Part shown: positions 1 to 8,523 of the stretch, piece after piece
How positions within the stretch are numbered: the first letter of the stretch is position 1
Layout: each line of letters begins with the position of its first letter
Source: a virus
Strand: one strand, 5' to 3'
Length of the DNA stretch: 64,000 nt
Virus record (IMG/VR): IMGVR_UViG_3300035703_000033
Coordinates: 1 to 64,000 of that record
Program-made: the position numbers and the translations under genes
Notes under the pieces: model-generated
Databases searched by the model: none
What the model was told of the DNA's origin: nothing
Seen by the model: only the letters and a program-made list of their open reading frames with translations

Positions 1-98
1 AAGTCAATTTGGAGCGGAACTTTTCTTAAGTAATCTATTGACATAGATCTTATATCTCTGTATACTAGTACAGTAGATACAAATAATAAATTGGAAAA

Positions 99-332
99 AT
101 GTTATATTTGTATGAAAGCGGAGTAGAAATACTCAGAAGAAAGATATCTAATAAAAATATAGATACATATTGGGATAACTATAATTTTATTATATGGGAA
201 AAAAATCAAGGCGGATATTCAGATACAAAGGGTGTATTTAGAAATAATACTTGGGGAATAGCAAAAACTATAAATGTTTCTCCTAGTGGAACTTGGATTC
301 TGCCGATAAAATATGTCAAGTATTTTAAATAA
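99..332 (+). CDS. hypothetical protein
   Basis: ORF downstream of TTGACA-N17-TATACT-like promoter (38-66); overlaps next gene. Confidence 0.7.
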   Translation: MLYLYESGVEILRRKISNKNIDTYWDNYNFIIWEKNQGGYSDTKGVFRNNTWGIAKTINVSPSGTWILPIKYVKYFK

Positions 333-627
333 ATTAGGTGTAGATGAAGATGAATTTGCATGGTGGGATATTGCAGCATGCTCTGGAATGAATACAAATT
401 TATTTTATGATACATATGAATCAGATATTAATATTGCAAAAAATATAGATCAGGCTTGCCTGTCTTGTCCAGTTATAGCTATATGTTATAAAAATGGAAT
501 TAAAAATAATGAATATGGTGTCTGGGGAGGAGTTTACTTAAACTCTGGACAACATGATAAACAAAGAAATATTCATAAAACAAAAGAGATCTGGAAGGAA
601 TTAAAAAAGAAGCATGCACAGATCTAA
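313..627 (+). CDS. whiB: WhiB-family Fe-S transcription factor
   Basis: Four Cys (AAC...ACLSCPVIAIC) and YGVWGG motif. Confidence 0.92.
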   Translation: MSSILNKLGVDEDEFAWWDIAACSGMNTNLFYDTYESDINIAKNIDQACLSCPVIAICYKNGIKNNEYGVWGGVYLNSGQHDKQRNIHKTKEIWKELKKKHAQI

Positions 628-943
628 TATGTACGATAACCATCATTTTAAACATGGAATAAATATGTGGACTGGTGAACCAAAAAAACCAGTTTTTTAT
701 AATGATGAAATGAAAAAAAAGCTTAGAGAAATAAAGAGGCCACACATGTTGCTTATGGATGTGGCAATGTACCCTGATTTTTTAGCTTTGAGATTATATG
801 AAGACAACTTTTTACAATTTAGTGGAACAAAAAAAGAAGAAGTTATTGATTATGTCACAAAAGTTAAAAAAATGATAGAATCTTACGGAGTAAGATGCGA
901 ATTAGAAGGGGTACCAAGTGATAGAACCATCGGAAAAACTTAA
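614..943 (+). CDS. hypothetical protein
   Basis: 109-aa ORF overlapping whiB. Confidence 0.75.
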   Translation: MHRSNMYDNHHFKHGINMWTGEPKKPVFYNDEMKKKLREIKRPHMLLMDVAMYPDFLALRLYEDNFLQFSGTKKEEVIDYVTKVKKMIESYGVRCELEGVPSDRTIGKT

Positions 944-1091
944 TGTATTTATACCTTCAGAAGAAGAATATGGTCATGTTAAATCCCTTGGGGCTTTTGT
1001 TTCGGAAGTCTCATATACAAAAAATGGAGTTATTTACACAGAGATGATGGAAAACGAAGATTTTATAATAATTGATGAGGATATAAATTAA
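918..1091 (+). CDS. small hypothetical protein (57 aa, not in ORF track)
   Basis: GTG start after GAAGGGG; stop overlaps next ATG (TAATG). Confidence 0.6.
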   Translation: MIEPSEKLNVFIPSEEEYGHVKSLGAFVSEVSYTKNGVIYTEMMENEDFIIIDEDIN

Positions 1092-1327
1092 TGGAAAAAA
1101 TATTATGTTATTCATGCAATAAAAGCAAAGCCAATCTTAATCTGGTTAAATCTACCCTACTTGGAATTAATTTGTTTTTATGTGAATCTTGTAAGTCAGA
1201 AAAGCTAGAGCCTAGATGGGTTGTAATAATTGCTGGCAGACAAAATGGTCCAGAATCTGTAAAAGAATTTATTGCAAAGAAAAGATACAACGGCAACGAA
1301 ATTGCAGCTTCAGAATTATTAATTTAA
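1091..1327 (+). CDS. small Zn-finger protein
   Basis: CYSC...CESC pairs. Confidence 0.7.
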   Translation: MEKILCYSCNKSKANLNLVKSTLLGINLFLCESCKSEKLEPRWVVIIAGRQNGPESVKEFIAKKRYNGNEIAASELLI

Positions 1328-1361
1328 TTAATGATATATATTAAGGTATAATATATCTATA

Positions 1362-1679
1362 ATGAAAATAGATATATTTACCTTGCTTATCTCCTTATCT
1401 GCAGCAATTTTAAGCGGTATGGGTACTGCTATAATTGCTGGTATTAAAGATTCAAAAAAAGAAAAAACTAGGCAGCAAGAGCGAGAGCAAGATCATTTAA
1501 AAATGGAAATTAAAGATTTAAAAATTCAATTATATGAGCTTGAAAAACAGTTGACTGAATGGAAAGATAAATATTATAATGCCATACAGCAACTAATTGA
1601 GGTTAAATCTGAGCTAGAGCAAACATTAATTCAATTAGATCATATGAATATTCACGTAGAAGACCCTAGCACACCATAA
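1362..1679 (+). CDS. membrane-anchored coiled-coil protein
   Basis: N-terminal hydrophobic helix then heptad-rich segment. Confidence 0.7.
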   Translation: MKIDIFTLLISLSAAILSGMGTAIIAGIKDSKKEKTRQQEREQDHLKMEIKDLKIQLYELEKQLTEWKDKYYNAIQQLIEVKSELEQTLIQLDHMNIHVEDPSTP

Positions 1680-1702
1680 ATAAAAATAGTATACTGTTAT
1701 AT

Positions 1703-2269
1703 ATGACATGTATAGTAGCCCTAATTCACGAAAATAAAGTCCTCCTAGGGGGAGACTGTGCTGCGTCTGATGATAAATCAGGATTAATTTTTCAAAGAAC
1801 AGATCCTAAAGTTTTTAAAGTAGGACAATTCGGTATTGGGTTTGTTGATAGTTTTAGAATGGGTCAGATACTTCAATATAACTGGACTCCTCCTGTCTAT
1901 AAACCAACTGCAGGCTATAGAAACCTAGATAAGTTTATGAGAACTAAATTTGTTGAATCAATTAAAGATGCTTTTAAAGAACAAGGATATGGAAACTTTA
2001 GTCCAGGAACTGAAGACGGTGATCTTGGAGGCATATTTATAATAGCTGTTCAAGGAGCAGGGAGAATTTTTTCAATGGATTCAGATTTTCATATTGGAGA
2101 AGCTGATGTCATGTATATGGCTGAAGGGGCTGGCCAAGAGTTAGCATTAGGATCACTTTTCTCAACTAGTAATATTAAAACACCACGTAAGCGTGTAAGA
2201 ATGGCTTTAGAGGCTGCAGCAAAGTTTAACATGTCTGTTAGAGCACCCTTTACAATAATAGAGGTTTAG
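1703..2269 (+). CDS. Ntn-hydrolase, HslV/proteasome-beta-like peptidase
   Basis: M-T-C-I-V N-terminus (Thr1 nucleophile after Met removal), GGD..S, PKVF, GAGQELALG. Confidence 0.8.
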   Translation: MTCIVALIHENKVLLGGDCAASDDKSGLIFQRTDPKVFKVGQFGIGFVDSFRMGQILQYNWTPPVYKPTAGYRNLDKFMRTKFVESIKDAFKEQGYGNFSPGTEDGDLGGIFIIAVQGAGRIFSMDSDFHIGEADVMYMAEGAGQELALGSLFSTSNIKTPRKRVRMALEAAAKFNMSVRAPFTIIEV

Positions 2270-2284
2270 GTATATAATTTACTA

Positions 2285-2506
2285 ATGGAAGAGTTTAATG
2301 ACATCAATAATTTAAAACCAAACTATTCAAAAGCAATGGATATCAGAGGTGTTCCAACTCATGTGTGTCCATGCGGATGTCAAGTTTTTAACTTAAAAGT
2401 AATTTTTTATAATTATGAGATAGCCAGTTACTTTATAGATATGGAGTGCGCTGCTTGTGGAACAATTGCTACCGCCCCAACACCTATTGATCGAGATGGA
2501 GAATAA
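2285..2506 (+). CDS. small Zn-ribbon protein
   Basis: CPCGC...CAACG; leaderless-type start 6 nt after TATAAT. Confidence 0.7.
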   Translation: MEEFNDINNLKPNYSKAMDIRGVPTHVCPCGCQVFNLKVIFYNYEIASYFIDMECAACGTIATAPTPIDRDGE

Positions 2507-2676
2507 TGAGAAAGTCTGAAAAAATTTTACAGCTAGAACTTGAAATATATAAGCTTAGAGTTGAATTAGATCTAATTTATGATGTTTTAAATAATTTGAC
2601 TGCTGTAATTGAAGCACAAAACATGGAATCTGGCAAGTGGTATGTAAGAAAACAGCGTCCAGATTTTAACAATTAG
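2506..2676 (+). CDS. small hypothetical protein (56 aa, not in track)
   Basis: TAATG coupling to previous gene; MRKSEKILQLELEIYK. Confidence 0.6.
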   Translation: MRKSEKILQLELEIYKLRVELDLIYDVLNNLTAVIEAQNMESGKWYVRKQRPDFNN

Positions 2677-2714
2677 CTATTGACAACCACCTAACTTTAT
2701 TATATTATTTACTC

Positions 2715-3650
2715 ATGAAAAAAATGCTAACTGCGTTAGTAGTGTTGGTGGTTTCGGCGGGAACTCTACCAGCACAAGCAGCCCTAAAAAACTCAACCGT
2801 CAGCACACCTACACTAGCCATTCTTGACACTGCCCTGGATACCTCTATCCCACAGATTAAAGAAAAGCTTGTCGGAGAAGTTTGTATTTTGGATTGGAAC
2901 TCATGCCCAAATGGTCAAGCTTTTATGGAAGGCGAAGGATCATCAGTGCTTCCAATGAATATTTTATCTAATAATAATTTTAATCATGGAACACAAATGG
3001 TATCAGTAGCAATTAATAATAATCCAAATATGAATATTTTATTTGTTCGTATTATTGGTCATACTACAGATGGTCGTAGACAAATGACTAAGGCTACATT
3101 AGTGCCACGAGTACTTGAGTGGCTGTATGCAAATAAGGATAAGTACAATATCCAAGCAATTTCAATGTCACAGGGGCATCATAATTTATTGAGATCTACT
3201 GATTACTGCCCTGTAAATACAGGGTTAGATGCAGCCTTGTTAAAGCTTAACTCTGTTGATGTTCCAGTGATGTTTTCTGTTGGCAATGATAGAGACTATA
3301 GCAGAATCGATTGGCCTGCATGTAACATGTCTCCAAATGTTTTTGCAATTGCTGGATCCGAAAGCTATAATGCACCAGCAACATATAATAATCATGACTC
3401 AAGTAGAACAGATTTCTTCGATTATGGAAATCAAAAGGTTTTGCGTCCAGGTAACGTAGGTGCTTACGCTGCTGGTTCTTCGGTAGCTACTGCATCTTTT
3501 TCTGCAAAGTGGATTGCTTTAAAGTCAGCAAAAAATACATTAACTATGTCACAGCTATCTGAGGTTATTAAAAATACCTCTATTGCAATTAAGAATTCCA
3601 GGGGTGTCTCAGGAAATCTAATTAATCTAGGTGGTGCTATCAATGGCTAA
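2715..3650 (+). CDS. secreted S8 subtilisin-like serine protease
   Basis: Signal peptide (AQA-A); AILDT (Asp), NHGTQM (His), SVGN (oxyanion Asn), AGSSVAT (Ser). Confidence 0.85.
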   Translation: MKKMLTALVVLVVSAGTLPAQAALKNSTVSTPTLAILDTALDTSIPQIKEKLVGEVCILDWNSCPNGQAFMEGEGSSVLPMNILSNNNFNHGTQMVSVAINNNPNMNILFVRIIGHTTDGRRQMTKATLVPRVLEWLYANKDKYNIQAISMSQGHHNLLRSTDYCPVNTGLDAALLKLNSVDVPVMFSVGNDRDYSRIDWPACNMSPNVFAIAGSESYNAPATYNNHDSSRTDFFDYGNQKVLRPGNVGAYAAGSSVATASFSAKWIALKSAKNTLTMSQLSEVIKNTSIAIKNSRGVSGNLINLGGAING

Positions 3651-3852
3651 AGATCTAACCGTATTAGAAGAAATTATTGGTAAGGTTGCTGAAGATCTAT
3701 ATAATAAATGGGTTGCAGCTTTGCCAGAGGACCAAAAAGATAACGAAGCTTTATCTGCATTAAGTAAAAATGCATATGAGGTAACTGTTCTTATTATTCA
3801 AAACTTCATGAAGAGGTTTAATGATGCTGCAGAGGAACTAAAAGATAAATAG
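3643..3852 (+). CDS. hypothetical protein
   Basis: ATG after AGGTGG RBS. Confidence 0.7.
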   Translation: MAKDLTVLEEIIGKVAEDLYNKWVAALPEDQKDNEALSALSKNAYEVTVLIIQNFMKRFNDAAEELKDK

Positions 3853-3905
3853 GCGGTTTGGGGGAGAGTATTGACTCTCCCCCATTTATTTAGTAGGATA
3901 TAAGT

Positions 3906-4376
3906 ATGCAAACATTTCTTCCACATAAAGACTTTGCTAAAACAGCAAAGCATTTAGATCGTAAGCGATTAATTAAGCAAAGCGTAGAAAACCTTCAGGT
4001 GCTAAAGTCACTGTCTGGCTATTATGACTCTACAGGAGCCTGGGTTAATCACCCAGCAGTTAAAATGTGGAGGGGTCACGAGGACTGGTTATTCTTGTAC
4101 AATGAGGCTATCATTAAAGAGATTATAATGAGGGGATATAAGAATACAACAAGAGACACATTCGACTCAATATATCATGATAATTTCCTTGGATTAGAAT
4201 CAGAATCACCTTGGTGGCTTGGAAATGAGAGTCTACACTACTCTCACAAGGGCAGATTGTATGAAAAAGATAGCGAACTTTACTATTTTTATTCTGAGTT
4301 TGCAGATTACAAGGAGCTGGGGTATACTTGCTGCGTGTCCTGTAACTATTACTGGCCAACACATGTGGAGGCGTAA
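3906..4376 (+). CDS. pyrimidine-dimer DNA glycosylase family (MSMEG_6728-like)
   Basis: MQTFLP...LDRKRL.KQ..E..Q, W.NHPAVKMWRG, PWWLG...H.SH. Confidence 0.85.
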   Translation: MQTFLPHKDFAKTAKHLDRKRLIKQSVENLQVLKSLSGYYDSTGAWVNHPAVKMWRGHEDWLFLYNEAIIKEIIMRGYKNTTRDTFDSIYHDNFLGLESESPWWLGNESLHYSHKGRLYEKDSELYYFYSEFADYKELGYTCCVSCNYYWPTHVEA

Positions 4377-4678
4377 TGATAGTTACTGATGATAATTTTG
4401 ATAGCGTTATTAGTTCTCATAAAACAGTAATGATAGATTTTTGGGCTGAATGGTGTAGACCATGTAAAATATTTAGTCCTATTATTGAAGAAGTTTCTAA
4501 AGAAACTGGAATTTGGTTGGGTAAAATTAACATAGATGATAATAGCGTCCAGCCAGAAAAATACCAAGTGTCTTCTATTCCTACAACAATTTTGTTTAAA
4601 GATGGAAAACCAGTAAAAACTATTATTGGAGCCAAGCCTAAGCATATTATGATGGAGGAGATCAAGGAATGGATCTAA
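4376..4678 (+). CDS. trxA: thioredoxin
   Basis: DFWAEWCRPCK, SIPT, GAKPK. Confidence 0.92.
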   Translation: MIVTDDNFDSVISSHKTVMIDFWAEWCRPCKIFSPIIEEVSKETGIWLGKINIDDNSVQPEKYQVSSIPTTILFKDGKPVKTIIGAKPKHIMMEEIKEWI

Positions 4679-4839
4679 CTTTTGAAGAATGGATGAAGCT
4701 TGGTTATGATAAGGGATGGATTTCTGATGTATTTTGTGATACACATGAAGGCCCTCCACTAACAGATGAAGAATCTGAAGAATGGGAACAAGGCGGAGAT
4801 CCTTGTTCTTTCCATGTAAAAGTCATGGAATTACATTAA
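4669..4839 (+). CDS. small hypothetical protein (56 aa, not in track)
   Basis: MDLTFEEWMKLGYDKGW...C.THEG...GGDPC; RBS upstream. Confidence 0.65.
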   Translation: MDLTFEEWMKLGYDKGWISDVFCDTHEGPPLTDEESEEWEQGGDPCSFHVKVMELH

Positions 4840-4888
4840 GTTTCTGTGCTCAAAAAAGAGGCAGATAAATTAAGGAGAAATAAATTAA

Positions 4889-6007
4889 ATGAAGTCATTT
4901 AAGAAAATCGCTCTAGCCATGGTTGCAGCCATGACTACTGCTACACTCGTAGCAACACCTGCAAGTGCTGCTGTAATGACAGTTGCTGTAGATCTTAACG
5001 GAGTTGCAAATACAACTGCATCCGCTATTGCTACGCCAGCTGCTCTTCCAGTTCCTGCAGACAACACAATTGATGCAACTGATGCATTGAAGTTTGTTGC
5101 AACTGTAGACACAGGAACAGCCGTTACTGTGACAGCTACAAATGCAACTGTTGTTGCTGCTCTACACACAATTGCTGCTCCAGTAACAGCATCGTCAGGA
5201 TCATCATCTTTGACAATCGCAACTGGAACAGGAACAACTGCAACGTTTTATGTATATACTAAAACGACAGCAATCGGTTCAGTTGTCATTAACAACGGTG
5301 GAACCACACTAACATATTATGTACAGGGCACAGCAGGAAAGATCAACAATCTTATTGTTTCTGCCCCAGCTTCAGGTGCTGCTGGAACAAAGCAAGATAT
5401 TCTAGTAACAGCCACAGACGTATTTGGAAACAAGATTTCTGGAAAGTCTTTGACTGCAACAGTATTTGCTGCAACAGCAACTCTTGATTCTGCAACAGCT
5501 ACAACTGGTGCAACGCTTTCAGATTTTGGAGTTGCTACATTTAAGGCAACACTTCCAACAACTGGAAATCGTGCTCTTGTTATGTTTGCTCCAACTACAT
5601 CATCTGATGCAGTTTCTGGAGCAGTTACTGGTCTTGCAGTACCTACATTAGCACCATTTGCTGAAATTACAGTACGTGATCTTGCTGGAGAATTGGCTGC
5701 CGTACAGGCTGCTCTTGCTGCAGAAAAGACAGCACGTGCTGCTGAGGCTGCTGCTGCAGCTCAGGCTGCTGCTACTGCTAAGCTAGCATCAGATGCAGAA
5801 ATTGCTAAGCTTAAGGCTGAGGCTGTAAGCGCAAAGCTTGCTTCTGATTCAGCAACAGCTACTGCTATCGCTGCAAAGGATGCAGAAATTGCTAAGCTTA
5901 AGGCGGATAATGCTAAGGCTCTTGCTGACCTAAAGAAAGCATTCAATGCTCTCGCTAAGAAGTGGAATGCAAAGAATCCAAAGTCAAAGGTTACTTTAGT
6001 AAAGTAA
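4889..6007 (+). CDS. secreted Ala/Thr-rich surface protein (Ig-like body, C-terminal coiled coil)
   Basis: Strong RBS TAAGGAG, signal peptide PASA-A, beta-rich Thr/Val body, AEIAKLKA repeats. Confidence 0.8.
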   Translation: MKSFKKIALAMVAAMTTATLVATPASAAVMTVAVDLNGVANTTASAIATPAALPVPADNTIDATDALKFVATVDTGTAVTVTATNATVVAALHTIAAPVTASSGSSSLTIATGTGTTATFYVYTKTTAIGSVVINNGGTTLTYYVQGTAGKINNLIVSAPASGAAGTKQDILVTATDVFGNKISGKSLTATVFAATATLDSATATTGATLSDFGVATFKATLPTTGNRALVMFAPTTSSDAVSGAVTGLAVPTLAPFAEITVRDLAGELAAVQAALAAEKTARAAEAAAAAQAAATAKLASDAEIAKLKAEAVSAKLASDSATATAIAAKDAEIAKLKADNAKALADLKKAFNALAKKWNAKNPKSKVTLVK

Positions 6008-6020
6008 TTAAATTATAAAT

Positions 6021-6052
6021 ATAAAGGGGCAAGGAAGACCTTGCCCCTTTAT
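6021..6052 (+). terminator. intrinsic terminator hairpin
   Basis: ATAAAGGGGCAAGG-AAGA-CCTTGCCCCTTTAT, 14-bp stem. Confidence 0.8.
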
Positions 6053-6075
6053 CATATAAATGATAGAATATATTA

Positions 6076-6231
6076 ATGGATATGGATAACTTATACGTTT
6101 TTGTAAAAAAACAATGTATAAATGAAATTATTAAAGAAATAGAAAATTTAGAATTTCCACCAGAATGGAGGCCAAGAGACGTACTTGGCTTTATAGTTAA
6201 AAAACTTAAGGAGAAAGAACAAAAATGTTAG
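6076..6231 (+). CDS. small hypothetical protein (51 aa, not in track)
   Basis: ATG 6 nt after TGnTAGAAT (leaderless). Confidence 0.55.
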   Translation: MDMDNLYVFVKKQCINEIIKEIENLEFPPEWRPRDVLGFIVKKLKEKEQKC

Positions 6232-6461
6232 AAGGTTTTAGAACTAAGTTCAAAAGATGGTTTGGTTTTCCAAACTATTTAGATGTAAATACATTTATTG
6301 AAGATATTGATATTGAGAAATCTCAAATCAAGAAGGCACCAGCCAAGAAGGCACCAGCCAAGAAGGCACCAGCCAAGAAGGCGCCAGCCAAGAAGGCGCC
6401 AGCCAAGAAGGCGCCAGCCAAGAAGGCGCCAGCCAAGAAAACTACTGTTAAGAAGAAGTAA
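6225..6461 (+). CDS. histone H1-like PAKK-repeat protein
   Basis: (KKAPA)7 basic tail; AAGGAG RBS. Confidence 0.8.
   Translation: MLEGFRTKFKRWFGFPNYLDVNTFIEDIDIEKSQIKKAPAKKAPAKKAPAKKAPAKKAPAKKAPAKKAPAKKTTVKKK
6330..6434 (+). repeat. 15-bp tandem repeat x7 (AAGAAGGCRCCAGCC)
   Basis: Directly visible; encodes KKAPA. Confidence 0.95.
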
Positions 6462-6462
6462 A

Positions 6463-6663
6463 ATGGACTCTAAAAAGAAAAGTATAATTAAATCAATAAC
6501 CTGGCAATTCGTACACCTTGGCTTTGTAGCTGGGCTGATATACCTTTATACCCGTGAGTGGGAATATGCTTCTTTGGGAGCTTTAGCCTACCTAGCATGG
6601 GAATCAACTGCATATTATTTACATGAAAGAGCTTGGGCAAGATTTGGAAAGCATATAAATTAA
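6463..6663 (+). CDS. DUF2061-like small membrane protein
   Basis: KSIIKSITWQ...YYLHERAWARF; likely true start ATG 6463, not 6298. Confidence 0.8.
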   Translation: MDSKKKSIIKSITWQFVHLGFVAGLIYLYTREWEYASLGALAYLAWESTAYYLHERAWARFGKHIN

Positions 6664-6785
6664 TGGATCTTGTTGATATTTGTGAAATTCAGGGATGTGG
6701 CGGAAATGCAGAAAGAATTACTAGTACTGAAACCAAGATTATACAGGTTTGTGTAGACTGCTATAATCAAAAATATAAGAAATGA
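6663..6785 (+). CDS. small Cys-rich protein (40 aa)
   Basis: CEIQGC...CVDC; TAATG coupling. Confidence 0.55.
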   Translation: MDLVDICEIQGCGGNAERITSTETKIIQVCVDCYNQKYKK

Positions 6786-6845
6786 TATAATTGTAAGATG
6801 GCAGGATTTCTAGACCCTGCTAAATAACCCTATAGGAGAAAAAAT

Positions 6846-7007
6846 ATGTCAGACGGAAAGAATTTAACAGGCTTTAACGAAACAAAGCCAGCTGGTGTTA
6901 CACCATGGAGCAATAATGAGCAGTATGCTCAGGATCCAAAGGCTGCATTTCCTGCAACCGATAAGTCATCACAGGATGGCGCTGGACTAGGCAACGGCGG
7001 TAAGTAA
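6846..7007 (+). CDS. small hypothetical protein (53 aa)
   Basis: TAGGAG RBS; MSDGKNLTGF. Confidence 0.7.
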   Translation: MSDGKNLTGFNETKPAGVTPWSNNEQYAQDPKAAFPATDKSSQDGAGLGNGGK

Positions 7008-7009
7008 TT

Positions 7010-7165
7010 ATGTGCGTTGAATGCGGATGCCAGATGGTAGGCAGCGAAACTGGAATTTCTCAAATTAATGGAGGAATTCTGGATGTCTCAAGAGATGGCG
7101 AAGCTGGATTAACATTAAATATGACAGCATCTCGTGAACAAAGAGAAAGATTTATTAACGAATAA
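7010..7165 (+). CDS. small protein with MCxECGC N-terminus (51 aa)
   Basis: MCVECGCQ; tightly packed between neighbours. Confidence 0.6.
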   Translation: MCVECGCQMVGSETGISQINGGILDVSRDGEAGLTLNMTASREQRERFINE

Positions 7166-7377
7166 TGTCAGAAAATGGATCGCATACTGTTGCAGCGCCA
7201 AATGCGGAAGCGTCTGGCGCTGTAACTTCTAATGAAGCTACAAAGAAACACCCTAAACAGGGTAAGTTTAATTCTGGTATCAATAAAAAAGTCCCAATGA
7301 AAGTGGACGTAAATAAACATGGTATTAGAAGAGAAACTAGTATGCAGCCAAAACGGGTCGGCAGAAAAAAAGTATAG
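7165..7377 (+). CDS. small basic hypothetical protein
   Basis: TAATG coupling; 70 aa. Confidence 0.65.
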   Translation: MSENGSHTVAAPNAEASGAVTSNEATKKHPKQGKFNSGINKKVPMKVDVNKHGIRRETSMQPKRVGRKKV

Positions 7378-7388
7378 GTAAATAAAAC

Positions 7389-8099
7389 GTGTATGTGATA
7401 ACTGGATCCTCTTCTGGAATCGGTAAAGATCTTTATGGTTTGTTTGTTAAAAACAATATACCAGTTCTTGGGGTTGATATAAAACCAGATGCAGATTACG
7501 TTTGTGATGTTTCTTCTAAAAAAGAATTAAAAGATTTAGTTTTATTTTTAAAAGAAAATTATGAAAAAATAGATGGAGTTGTAATTTGTGCGGGAGTTGC
7601 ATCAAACTCAAGACAAATATTAAAGATTAACTATTTTGGAGCAGTTAATTTACTAAATCTAATTTATGACTATTACAATGAAATAAATGCAGTTATGGTT
7701 GGATCTATTATGTCCGTTACATCACATAAAAATTTTATGGTAAGTAAGAAAATATTAGATTCTGAAGAATATGACGACGAACTAGAAGAAATGTTAAACA
7801 ATATCAAATTAACAGATGCTTCTGCTTATTCTACAGCTAAGTTTTCTTTAACAGAATGGATGAAATATTTTGTTAATAAAAATAAATTTGCAAGAATTAA
7901 TATAATTCACCCAGCTTTGGTTGAGACAGGTTTAGTTAAAGACTTTTTAGGTAGCAAGGTTTTAGAGGTTATATACGGCAAGAGGCTAGTACAAGAGATG
8001 ATGCAGCCTATAGATGTAGCTGAAATTTTATACTTTTTGATCACAGGTGCAAAGGTATTAAATAAACAGTCTATACTTGTAGATAGAGGAATAGTCTAA
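7389..8099 (+). CDS. short-chain dehydrogenase/reductase (SDR)
   Basis: TGSSSGIG Rossmann motif, CAG, YSTAK catalytic YxxxK. Confidence 0.9.
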   Translation: MYVITGSSSGIGKDLYGLFVKNNIPVLGVDIKPDADYVCDVSSKKELKDLVLFLKENYEKIDGVVICAGVASNSRQILKINYFGAVNLLNLIYDYYNEINAVMVGSIMSVTSHKNFMVSKKILDSEEYDDELEEMLNNIKLTDASAYSTAKFSLTEWMKYFVNKNKFARINIIHPALVETGLVKDFLGSKVLEVIYGKRLVQEMMQPIDVAEILYFLITGAKVLNKQSILVDRGIV

Positions 8100-8186
8100 T
8101 CTGTATATCTTGTGGAAAATGTACTATTGAACATAATTTTTCAATAGATGATTCTGTTGATTTAGTGGAAGATTTAGGATTTTTAA

Positions 8187-8423
8187 ATGAAACAAAGAAA
8201 ACTTATTAATGGTAAGTCTGTTAATGAACTAGATTTACCCATAGGTATAGTTATATTTACTAAATCTCCTGCAAAGTGGAAAATAGTAGATATGGAGACT
8301 GGTGAAGAGTATGTTGGCTCTGAAACAAAACATCCATTTTTTAATAATTTTTTAAAAGAAAAAATTCAAAGTATGGAAATTGGATCTTTAATGAAAGTAA
8401 AAGGAGTTGCAGATGACAGATAA
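8187..8423 (+). CDS. hypothetical protein
   Basis: 78-aa ORF with RBS. Confidence 0.7.
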   Translation: MKQRKLINGKSVNELDLPIGIVIFTKSPAKWKIVDMETGEEYVGSETKHPFFNNFLKEKIQSMEIGSLMKVKGVADDR

Positions 8424-8523
8424 GTGCGCTTATTGTGATGATGAAGGCAGATATTTAGACTTTCATGAAGATCGATTTGTAAGTGTTTGTAAAAAACATT
8501 TATTTATGGAAATAAGTGGTTGA
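8413..8523 (+). CDS. small Cys/His protein (36 aa)
   Basis: AAGGAG RBS; CAYC...CKKH; stop overlaps P450 ATG. Confidence 0.55.
   Translation: MTDKCAYCDDEGRYLDFHEDRFVSVCKKHLFMEISG

Noticed and set aside
6298-6462. Arg-rich N-terminal extension (RRHQP repeats) of the 6298-6663 ORF
   Set aside because: Off-frame reading of the KKAPA repeat; the DUF2061-like domain starts at ATG 6463.
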